In this document: positions 10,283 to 18,152 of the stretch, in pieces
Numbering within the stretch: position 1 is the stretch's first letter
Layout of the letters: every line of letters begins with the position of its first letter
Source: Methanobacteriota archaeon
GTDB lineage: Archaea > Thermoplasmatota > E2 > DHVEG-1
Length of the DNA: 64,000 nt
Assembly (NCBI GenBank): GCA_043806635.1
Contig: JAZDGT010000033.1
Coordinates: forward strand, 24,336 to 88,335
Reading direction: 5' to 3'
Program-made: the position numbers and the translations under genes
The notes under the pieces: generated by a model
Seen by the model: the letters and a program-made list of their open reading frames with translations, nothing else
Databases searched by the model: none
Told to the model about the DNA's origin: nothing

Positions 10283-10354
10283 CAGCCCCGACCAGATTCG
10301 AACTGGTGACTAGAGATCCAGAGTCTCTTATGTTAACCGCTACACTACGGGGCT
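10283..10354 (-). tRNA. tRNA-Gln (anticodon CUG)
   Basis: Reverse complement: AGCCCCG acceptor, D-arm GTGTAGCGGTTAAC, anticodon arm AGAGA-cTCTGga-TCTCT, T-arm ACCAG-TTCGAAT-CTGGT, G73. Confidence 0.8.
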
Positions 10355-10469
10355 ATAATACGGGATGGTTGTTTTGCAAGGCAGAAGATAAATTCGCTAT
10401 ATATAACCTTTAATATCGTATCAAACCGTGGCTCCTATTTTTTTCTCATCAGAGGCATCTATGGTTTTT

Positions 10470-10892
10470 TTAGGATTTTGAATCAATGGTTTGATAGGAT
10501 GTGGATATCGTGACTGATGGTTTCAGCATAGCTGAGACTGGGCAATATTTTTGTTGTGATAATTCGATTGCTCGTTCCAGATGGGTGGTATTGAGTTGAT
10601 GGCCAGCGAAGATGTAGGTGAGATGAATTTTTGTGAATACTTTTGGGTGAGTCTCGGATCGTTCTGCGGTGATCTGAATCTCAAAACCTTGAAGCTGAAC
10701 ACGTTTTTTTGTTTAAATCGAGATGACGTCACTCCCGGTGCAGCTTCCTAACGCTATTAATACGAGTTCCATGGGGTGTGCAGCAGTGTCTGTACCGGAA
10801 ACCTCTTTTGGTCCATCAATTACTACAGTATAGTTGCTTTCTGATGTCCCGATGAACAAGAGTCCTTTGACGTGTTTTACTGTTGCTTTCAT
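10470..10892 (-). pseudogene. OsmC/Ohr-family peroxiredoxin-like gene interrupted by a frameshift in an A7/T7 homopolymer
   Basis: The N-terminal 59 aa (MKATVKHVKG…HPMELVLIALGSCTGSDVISI) stop at 10713-10715. The OsmC C-terminus (KKRVQLQGFEIQITAERSETHPKVFTKIHLTY…LERAIELSQQKYCPVSAMLK) continues in another frame, ending at 10470. The shift lies at the T7 run 10704-10710. The six-frame ORF 10523..10732 is the third, wrong frame. Confidence 0.7.
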
Positions 10893-11034
10893 AGTTCTTT
10901 TTCACCTTTTCAGGTAGTATCATTGATTCAGGGTATAACTTCATTGGTGATATAAATAAAAGAGAGGAGTATGAGAGTAAATAGGTTTGAAAACACTGTG
11001 TATTCGTGTTCGTAAAGGATTTTCGCGTGAAAAA

Positions 11035-11047
11035 CATTTAAAAAAGG
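11035..11047 (+). promoter_or_regulatory. Putative TATA-like element (catttaaaaaagg) about 27 nt upstream of tRNA-Val
   Basis: Spacing appropriate for an archaeal tRNA promoter. Confidence 0.25.
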
Positions 11048-11073
11048 ATACGATGTCCCTTTGTACAACATTT

Positions 11074-11146
11074 GGGCCAGTGGTCTAGTGGTTATGACGT
11101 CGCGCTTACAACGCGGAGATCGCCTGTTCAATTCCGGCCTGGCCCA
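11074..11146 (+). tRNA. tRNA-Val (anticodon UAC)
   Basis: Acceptor GGGCCAG/CTGGCCC with A73. Anticodon arm TCGCG-cTTACaa-CGCGG. T-loop TTCAATT. Confidence 0.85.
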
Positions 11147-11204
11147 CTAAGCTCTCTTGGAGGGTTTTCAGTCGAAACCAAGGTATTTTGGCTGTTTGTT
11201 GGTT

Positions 11205-12506
11205 TTAGCGTGTTTTCCTCTTCGAATTTTTTATTGTATTGGAATTGTTTTTTAAAAGTAACCATTTCCATACTGGTACTACATGAATTATTTTTTTATC
11301 TAAGTTGATTTCTTCTTCCTGATCCTGAGTCAATAATAACCCTTCTTTAAGACGAAACGTTGTTAATGCTTCAAGCAAACCTTTCAGTTCTCGATCTCGA
11401 TTTGTTTCATCGAGTACATAGCAGACTTGTATAGCATAAGTTATTTTTGTTCCATTTTTGATGATAAAATCACACTGCTGGGATCCACTGAAATAATACA
11501 CTTCTTGCTTTCTTCTTCGGAGATCAATGAATACAAGATTTTCTAACAACCTCCCTTTGTTAAGAGAGATATTCATCCCGCAAACCTGATGAAACACAGG
11601 ATCGACTACATAGATCTTTTTCGGTGCATTTAGTTGCTTCCTGAGGGAATAATCAAATTTGTGCACTTCAAAAAAGAGATATGAATTGTGGAGGTATGAG
11701 ATGTACTCTTTGACGGTAATAGCATTTGAAAGTTTTAATGTATTTTTTAAGGAATTATACGTGTACGGAGATGCCATATTGGTTACTAACAGATTGACTA
11801 ACTCTCGTAGCACATGCTGTTGCTTGATTAGATATCGAGCAACGATATCGCGGTAAAGGATATTTTCATAGATGGTCTTCACATATTCGATATCGTTGTT
11901 CTTTAGATACTCAGGGATTCCTCCTTTATTCAGATATTCGTTGAATTGACGAACGAGTAATGCTTTTTTTTCTGTGAGGTAAAACCAATTTTTCTGAGGC
12001 GTTATTTGGTGGAGTTGAAGAAATTCATGGAATGAAAAGGGATATACTTCAAATGATTTGTATCGACCGGTTAGTCGTGTTCCAAATTCGTAGCTAAGCA
12101 GTGAAGCATTTGAACCAGTTATAACAATTTTTTTTCCTTGATCTTGGAGTCGTCTTACAAAAGTCTCGAATTGAGGTATGTTTTGAATTTCGTCAAAGAA
12201 GTATATGGAGGCATTTCTGTATATTTCTAGTAATACTTCGTGCAGGGATTCAAATTCAGAAGCTTGAAAATCAAGAAAACGTTCATCTTCGAAATTTACG
12301 TAACAACTTGGTTTGACCTTTTGCATGAGTTGACGGAGAAGGGTCGACTTTCCACTTCGACGCAAGCCCGTAAGAATAAGAATTCTATTATCTGAGGACC
12401 AAGGAAGTATCTCATGGATAAGTTCTCGAGGTATTGTACGTTCTTCTCTCATGAGGGTTATTTGTTGTTGTATGAGTATTTGACGAAGGATTTCTTTAGA
12501 TATCAT
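11205..12506 (-). CDS. AAA+ ATPase (archaeal ATPase / AAA_14 + DUF4143-like)
   Basis: Walker A GLRRSGKST, Walker B-like IYFFDEIQ, C-terminal DUF4143-like region. 433 aa. Confidence 0.75.
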   Translation of the reverse strand: MISKEILRQILIQQQITLMREERTIPRELIHEILPWSSDNRILILTGLRRSGKSTLLRQLMQKVKPSCYVNFEDERFLDFQASEFESLHEVLLEIYRNASIYFFDEIQNIPQFETFVRRLQDQGKKIVITGSNASLLSYEFGTRLTGRYKSFEVYPFSFHEFLQLHQITPQKNWFYLTEKKALLVRQFNEYLNKGGIPEYLKNNDIEYVKTIYENILYRDIVARYLIKQQHVLRELVNLLVTNMASPYTYNSLKNTLKLSNAITVKEYISYLHNSYLFFEVHKFDYSLRKQLNAPKKIYVVDPVFHQVCGMNISLNKGRLLENLVFIDLRRRKQEVYYFSGSQQCDFIIKNGTKITYAIQVCYVLDETNRDRELKGLLEALTTFRLKEGLLLTQDQEEEINLDKKIIHVVPVWKWLLLKNNSNTIKNSKRKTR

Positions 12507-12629
12507 ACTAAATGGTAATTAGTAAAAATATTTAAATGTTTTCATTACTAATTAGTATAAATTCTAAGATATTCATTTGTAAATATTTGGTTTAACAGAC
12601 CAAATTATAGCATTTTTTTCTGGTTTGCT

Positions 12630-12701
12630 GGGCCAAATGCAAGCGGGAAAAGAAAAATACTTACAACGCGGAGATTGCCTGTTCAATTCCGGCTTGGCCC
12701 A
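12630..12701 (+). repeat. Degenerate tRNA-Val copy: intact 3' half (anticodon loop to 3' end, 2 mismatches) with a 5' acceptor strand carrying a compensatory change
   Basis: cttacaacgcggagattgcctgttcaattccggcttggccca matches tRNA-Val positions 32-73. 5' gggccaa pairs with 3' ttggccc, but no D-arm or 5' anticodon stem. Confidence 0.6.
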
Positions 12702-12790
12702 TTTTCATTTCCTCCTAATGTGAGGTAAACGAATTTTATTAGAAGGATTTATAAGAACTTTATGAATTATTTATTGAGGAGGAGAACCGG

Positions 12791-14173
12791 ATGGAAAACG
12801 AAAAAATTATGATTGGAGGTATTGTTTTTTTACTGATTGTTTCAATGTGCGGATGTCTTTCTTCCAACAATGTGAACGCTGAATACCTTCGAACGAAAAT
12901 TATTGAAAAATTCAATAATGTTCAGAGTTATACATATCGTTCATCCGGTAATATGACGAGGCCGGGGTCAGATTTACCAGGTTATGGGCTATATTCTTTG
13001 AACGGTAACGTTAATGTTCTTCAAAAGCATGTAAAATCCTATATGGACATTGAACTTACAAATGAATTGATTGAATATTATTTGAAGCATAATATCACCA
13101 TTACTAATGAGACGTTCAATTTTTTTCATCAATATTTTTATTATGAAAATGAAACGCTGTATAAATCCTTTGATAATCGTACTTGGGATGGGACCCAACA
13201 CGGGTCGTTAAATTGGTATGCCTTTGCGTTCTTAGATCGACAATTTCGTTTTATTTTAGAAAATGCGACGTTATCAAAGTTAGCCGATGAGGCCATCGAC
13301 GGCTGTACATGTTACACATTACAGGTCACCCCAAAACTAGAAAATCTTACTCTGAAACCTGTATATATGGATTTATTATTCCCGCTCCAAAATGAGAGGA
13401 GGAGTATATACTTTCTCTTTGAACAAAATTATAGCACCGATATAAAATATTGGATTGACAAAGATACTTATCTTATAAAAAAAATGTGTATCAAAGCAAG
13501 TAACAATTTTACATATTCCTACAATTCAAGTAAGAATATAACCCGACATTCATTGTCAAATTATGAGACGGAAATCTTATTTTATAATTACGACCAAGAA
13601 GATTCTGTTGAGTCACCCTGGCAAATATATATACAACAAGCCAGCGAATTACTCAATTATCTAAATTACTCTAATACGAGATTTGGTTTTGGTATGAATC
13701 TACCCTATATTTGGATAGTCGATGAAAATAGTATGTACGGTTCGAGTGTTGGTCTGGTTCCTACGTTTTCGTTACGAGATCAATCAATAACCAATCTCTC
13801 CTTAATAATCGGCCCGCCCTCACGTTCAAGCGGGAATCTGAGCGAAGAAGTTCAGAATAAATTAATGGATATTGGTGAAAAATTAAATGATACTACCCAT
13901 TCACAATATTATATAAATTATACCTTAGATAGAAACGGACCTCTAAATGTTAACGGGATGAATGCATACGAATTTGTTACATCGATGACCACGAACAACA
14001 TCACAATAAAAACAAGGGATCTGTTCATAGAAAAAGATGAGAGATTATTTGATATTCTATTTTATGGTTACGAGGAACTATATAATGAATATCTTCCAGA
14101 AATTAATGATTGCATCAACACCTCATTTACAATAATTGCTCCATACTTTGAAATCTATGAAATAAATCTATGA
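12791..14173 (+). CDS. Secreted or membrane-anchored hypothetical protein, very rich in N-glycosylation sequons
   Basis: N-terminal hydrophobic segment with CGC. More than 20 NxS/T sequons. 460 aa with no catalytic motif. Confidence 0.5.
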   Translation: MENEKIMIGGIVFLLIVSMCGCLSSNNVNAEYLRTKIIEKFNNVQSYTYRSSGNMTRPGSDLPGYGLYSLNGNVNVLQKHVKSYMDIELTNELIEYYLKHNITITNETFNFFHQYFYYENETLYKSFDNRTWDGTQHGSLNWYAFAFLDRQFRFILENATLSKLADEAIDGCTCYTLQVTPKLENLTLKPVYMDLLFPLQNERRSIYFLFEQNYSTDIKYWIDKDTYLIKKMCIKASNNFTYSYNSSKNITRHSLSNYETEILFYNYDQEDSVESPWQIYIQQASELLNYLNYSNTRFGFGMNLPYIWIVDENSMYGSSVGLVPTFSLRDQSITNLSLIIGPPSRSSGNLSEEVQNKLMDIGEKLNDTTHSQYYINYTLDRNGPLNVNGMNAYEFVTSMTTNNITIKTRDLFIEKDERLFDILFYGYEELYNEYLPEINDCINTSFTIIAPYFEIYEINL

Positions 14174-14254
14174 AATATGAGTACTAATACAGACATTATT
14201 TTACTTAAGAAAAAAATTGAATTTCATATTTCCTTATGTCGACCTATGTGTAAA

Positions 14255-14323
14255 AACAAGGTTAGGTTGACGTATCCCCAGATAGGAAGCGGGTAATTCC
14301 GGCCTGGCCCACTAACCTCTCTC
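14255..14323 (+). repeat. Cassette-boundary repeat: 57-nt element ending in a copy of the tRNA-Val 3' end plus 3' flank
   Basis: 14296-14323 (aattccggcctggcccactaacctctct) matches the tRNA-Val 3' end and downstream flank with 1 mismatch. 14255-14316 is about 75% identical to 15975-16032. Confidence 0.55.
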
Positions 14324-14345
14324 GAAAGATTTGATGTTAAATCAT

Positions 14346-14768
14346 CTATCGTTGTCTATATAAAAAATAATTCATCTCCTTTGTGTTGAGAATATGAACT
14401 ATTGATTGTCGTCTAAGTTTTTTATCATCAGACCATAAAAAACTCGTAGGATAAGCTAGAGCGCAAGCAATGAAAAGCACATCGTCAGGATCGATATCTT
14501 TAACGATCTCATATGCTTGTTTTTTATATGGAATAAGCGAACTTGTTGGAACGATTAATACTTTTCGTAAGAGATACGAAAGTAATGAGTTAAATTCCTT
14601 TGAAGTCATCTTTGATTTTTTCAGAAGTTCTCTTTTATGTTTCTCCATTTCTTCAAAGATATACGATGGAAAAAGAAAGGTTCCTTCATAATCTAAAATC
14701 AATCTTCTTGTTAGTGAATCTTTGATGAGTGCGGAAAAAAGAATGTTCGAATCAATAACGATATTCAA
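14346..14768 (-). CDS. vapC: PIN-domain ribonuclease toxin (VapC-like)
   Basis: N-terminal IVIDSN with acidic residues spaced as in PIN domains. 140 aa. 4-nt overlap with the upstream antitoxin ORF. Confidence 0.65.
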   Translation of the reverse strand: MNIVIDSNILFSALIKDSLTRRLILDYEGTFLFPSYIFEEMEKHKRELLKKSKMTSKEFNSLLSYLLRKVLIVPTSSLIPYKKQAYEIVKDIDPDDVLFIACALAYPTSFLWSDDKKLRRQSIVHILNTKEMNYFLYRQR

Positions 14769-14995
14769 CTAAGGAACCTCTTAGATGCTGATGCTTTTAT
14801 TTTTTTATTAAATGTTTTTACATCATCTTCAGTGAGTTTGCTTTTTCGTGCAAGTTTCTCAGCCATTTGAAGAAATTCTAATTTTTCGATAATGGCTTTT
14901 CGTGCGATTTCACTCCATTTCACTTCAGAGAAATGTTTCATTTGTTTATGAATAGTATCTGGTACTGAAAGAGTTATATTTCCCATACATATCAC
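14765..14995 (-). CDS. vapB: Antitoxin (VapB-like, putative ribbon-helix-helix)
   Basis: 76-aa ORF overlapping the PIN gene start. ITLSVPDTIHKQMK strand-helix pattern. Confidence 0.5.
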   Translation of the reverse strand: MICMGNITLSVPDTIHKQMKHFSEVKWSEIARKAIIEKLEFLQMAEKLARKSKLTEDDVKTFNKKIKASASKRFLS

Positions 14996-15353
14996 TACAA
15001 ATAAATATGTGTGTTCACATATTTAAACATTTCTTATTGAAGCTCTTTATCTTACAATTCGTCTATAATAGTTTTATAAGATTGTTGAAAAATCAATAAC
15101 TAACATCGGAAAGATATTTAGATATAAAGAGGGAGCATACCATATCTATGCCGGCAAACAGATCGCAAATGCAGCACATTTTGAAAATATAGAAAAAGTA
15201 AGAGTAGATTATTATCCTATTGATAAAAAGATCGTGATTAGAAAAATAACGGAATTATAAAATTATCATAAAACTTTAAAATTTTTAATTTTTAATAACA
15301 TAAAAAAGTAACATGTTAGAAAAATATAAATTCTAATAACAGATAGTTTTTTA

Positions 15354-15974
15354 TTGAAAGGATGGGAAAATACGAACTGGAAAGAATTCTTTAAACCAAA
15401 TATAAAAAAGATTCTATTTACTGCCGTATTTTTTTTCTTAATTGGAATTTGGTTTGTTTTTCCAATATTGAATATTTTGTTACCCAATAGCGAGGGTTCA
15501 TTTGGGATACGAATTTTAGTTTTAATAATATCATTCATCCCTCCTGTATTTCTTGCATATATATTAGGTAGTTTTTATTTGATATTAGCTGAAATGATTA
15601 CCAAAAAAGTATCATTGTTAAAATTCAATGAAAAAAAAATTGCCTTAGGAATTGGTGTGTTTGTATTTGCTGTTTTTTTCCATGGCATAACGTATAGCTT
15701 GAATTTCCCGATCTTAAGAGTTATTGATTATATCCTTCTTCCATATATGTTGGTTACTGACATCTGGATGCGTTATGTGTCTCACCCGTATCTATATACT
15801 CTTCCTCCGGGAGCAGGTTTTGATATTACTTTTTCAATATCAGACATTATAATTTTAATACTATTTTTTGCCCTTAGTATCATTTATTGGTATGCAATAG
15901 GATGTGTAATTTTTTATTATTTTAAAAAATTCAAAAATAGAACTTTAAATGAAGATATGTCAACCAATAAGTAA
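15354..15974 (+). CDS. Polytopic membrane protein of unknown function
   Basis: 206 aa with about 5 hydrophobic helices. Confidence 0.45.
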   Translation: MKGWENTNWKEFFKPNIKKILFTAVFFFLIGIWFVFPILNILLPNSEGSFGIRILVLIISFIPPVFLAYILGSFYLILAEMITKKVSLLKFNEKKIALGIGVFVFAVFFHGITYSLNFPILRVIDYILLPYMLVTDIWMRYVSHPYLYTLPPGAGFDITFSISDIIILILFFALSIIYWYAIGCVIFYYFKKFKNRTLNEDMSTNK

Positions 15975-16032
15975 AAACAGGGGAAGGTTGACGCACCTCC
16001 AGATAGGAATAGAGCAATATCGGCCTGGCCCA
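15975..16032 (+). repeat. Cassette-boundary repeat (second copy of the 57-nt element, ending tcggcctggccca)
   Basis: Direct repeat of 14255-14316. Its 3' end matches the tRNA-Val acceptor/T-arm. Confidence 0.5.
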
Positions 16033-16109
16033 TTTTTAACAAGTAGAAAAAAAATTATTGAAAAAACATTTTTAAAGAAAGAGAAGATGACAAGGTAAAG
16101 GGTTCTTAA

Positions 16110-16349
16110 ATGAAATTAAATAAACCATTAAAAATTGAAGGTATTTTTTTAGGGATCTGTATTGTTTTAATTATCATTGGTATTGCAATGTATTTTACAA
16201 ATCAATACACTACATCTCATGGAGGACTTAATTTGTGGTTTGTATTCGTTTATGTCACAACTTCTCCTCTGTTTATTATTCTTGTAATTGCCGCTTTAAT
16301 ATATTGGTTCTGGAGAGTAAAAAAATATCAGACTAAAGCATCAGATTAA
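16110..16349 (+). CDS. Small membrane protein (2 TM)
   Basis: 79-aa hydrophobic ORF. Confidence 0.35.
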   Translation: MKLNKPLKIEGIFLGICIVLIIIGIAMYFTNQYTTSHGGLNLWFVFVYVTTSPLFIILVIAALIYWFWRVKKYQTKASD

Positions 16350-16454
16350 CGCATTATTATCTGTTGAAAATGTAATTGCGACCTAGCTTATTTTTTGGTA
16401 TTAGGATAATAAATTAAAAAAAGAGAGTTAAGGATATGGCAAAAGTGTATATCC

Positions 16455-17027
16455 TTAATCATATTGTTTAATTAGAGATGATGATCGTATGTTTTCGAAT
16501 TTGGCTGTATCGTTTAATATCCGCCATTCTTGTTCTGCGCCATGGGCGATTTCATCCCAGGAGTAGATAGGTTGGGCACTGATGGTGATGACTCCTTTGA
16601 TTACGAGTTTTTCGTTTTCAAAGATGAGTATCTCAACTTTGTAGCTATTATTGGATAGAACGAGTGGTATCTCGATTTCTGCTGTTGAATCTGCTGCAAT
16701 GTTTCCTATTGTAACCGTGTTTTTGTATACCGCAAGATTATCACTGGTCTCAATCACATAGGCGGTGGCTTTTATGTTTCCTGATTCTTTTGTCCATATG
16801 TTTGTTAAATACAGTGTACATGTTATATTGACCGTGTCATTGGTTTCATCGGTTTTCAGAAGATAGGTTGCATCAACAAAAAGATGCTCTTCTGGAAAAA
16901 CAGGTTCCGCTCTTATTCTTAAAATCATTGCTGCAAAGATACCGACGACGATGATTATGATCGCCACTATCGTGATGACGAGTACTCCAGCTTTTTTTGT
17001 TTTTGGGTTCATTTCCATAGAAATCAC
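16455..17027 (-). CDS. Membrane-anchored extracellular protein of unknown function
   Basis: Single N-terminal TM helix, then a beta-rich soluble domain. 190 aa. Confidence 0.45.
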   Translation of the reverse strand: MISMEMNPKTKKAGVLVITIVAIIIIVVGIFAAMILRIRAEPVFPEEHLFVDATYLLKTDETNDTVNITCTLYLTNIWTKESGNIKATAYVIETSDNLAVYKNTVTIGNIAADSTAEIEIPLVLSNNSYKVEILIFENEKLVIKGVITISAQPIYSWDEIAHGAEQEWRILNDTAKFENIRSSSLIKQYD

Positions 17028-17134
17028 AATTTTTATTTATACTTAAGAATATATAAAGGGTGGGAAAATGTTCGTAAAAATACGAACAAAAACCAGTAAT
17101 ATTTAAATCATGATAACCTAATTGAGATTGAAGA

Positions 17135-17848
17135 ATGACAAAAATATCACTTGAACTTGAGGATATCAAAGCATTAGCATCTGACTCCAGACTCGAGATT
17201 CTCAAAGCTCTTGATGGAAAAAAACTGAATTTACAAGATGTGACCAGGATTACAAAGCTCAACAAAGCAACACTTCATGTCCATTTATCAAAACTTCTCG
17301 AGGCCGGGTTCATCAAAAAGAAAGAACGAGAAGGACATAAATGGGTCTACTATCAACTCACCTGGAAAGGAGAATGCCTCCTGCATCCAGAAAACACGAG
17401 AATCGTCGTCCTTTTTAGTATCACCTTTATTTCACTATTCGCAGGAATCATCCAATTAATCAACTATGCTAAAGGAGCCATTGTAGGAGTTGCTCAGACG
17501 TTACCGAACGAAGAAACGACACAAATCTTTGCTATCCCCAGAACTGTTAATGCGACCTCAGCGTATCAAAATGTATTTCAAAATATAGCAAATGTTCCTA
17601 CCCACAATCAGACACTCCTACAGTTATCCCAAGCACTCAACAGCAACGCTGATATCAAAGGACTTGTGGGTAACACGTTTTCAGATGAAGCAATCCAATG
17701 GTCTGCCGCTCCAGATAGCACTAATCTTGTAGCCTCAATCCAAGATCCTACCTTACTCTATCTTGGTCTCGTGTGTCTCACGATCTGTGTTATCTTTTTA
17801 AGCATAGGCCTTTGGAGACTATGGAAAAATAGAATACCAGAACTCTAA
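17135..17848 (+). CDS. ArsR-family winged-helix transcription regulator fused to a membrane-spanning/extracellular C-terminal region
   Basis: N-terminal ALASDSRLEILKAL…LNLQDVTRITKLNKATLHVHLSKLLEAGFI HTH. TM helix near residue 100 and a second TM at the C-terminus. Confidence 0.6.
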   Translation: MTKISLELEDIKALASDSRLEILKALDGKKLNLQDVTRITKLNKATLHVHLSKLLEAGFIKKKEREGHKWVYYQLTWKGECLLHPENTRIVVLFSITFISLFAGIIQLINYAKGAIVGVAQTLPNEETTQIFAIPRTVNATSAYQNVFQNIANVPTHNQTLLQLSQALNSNADIKGLVGNTFSDEAIQWSAAPDSTNLVASIQDPTLLYLGLVCLTICVIFLSIGLWRLWKNRIPEL

Positions 17849-18152
17849 AAACATTTATGATAAAACCATTATAACCTACGTAAGGATCGTATAGGAAAAA
17901 AATAATTCTCGGTTTTTAATCTCCGTCATCGGGATCCCAGAAATCAGGGAAATCGGGGTGAGGTCTTGGTCGTTCAGGTTCTGGTGATATAGGCGTCTTC
18001 ATAGGTAATCCCTTCATTCACGGTTTTTTATCTGAGTCTCTACTATTATAAGTGCATTTGTATATTTATTATCTTTTCTATCGAAAAAAACAGGTACCAA
18101 CCCTCAAAAAAAAGAATACGAACTATTCTTCTCCTAGCAACAACCTAATCAA

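Larger units (their letters stand above)
11147..16032 (+). mobile_element. tRNA-Val-linked array of three cassettes delimited by copies of the tRNA-Val 3' end (integrated element remnants, no integrase)
   Basis: Copies of the tRNA-Val 3' portion sit at 12660-12701, 14296-14323 and 16021-16032. The cargo is an AAA ATPase, a glycosylation-sequon-rich secreted protein, vapBC and a membrane protein. Confidence 0.45.

Noticed and set aside
10523-10732. 69-aa ORF given in the track
   Set aside because: It is in the wrong reading frame. The OsmC C-terminal half is encoded in a different frame over the same nucleotides (see the pseudogene feature).
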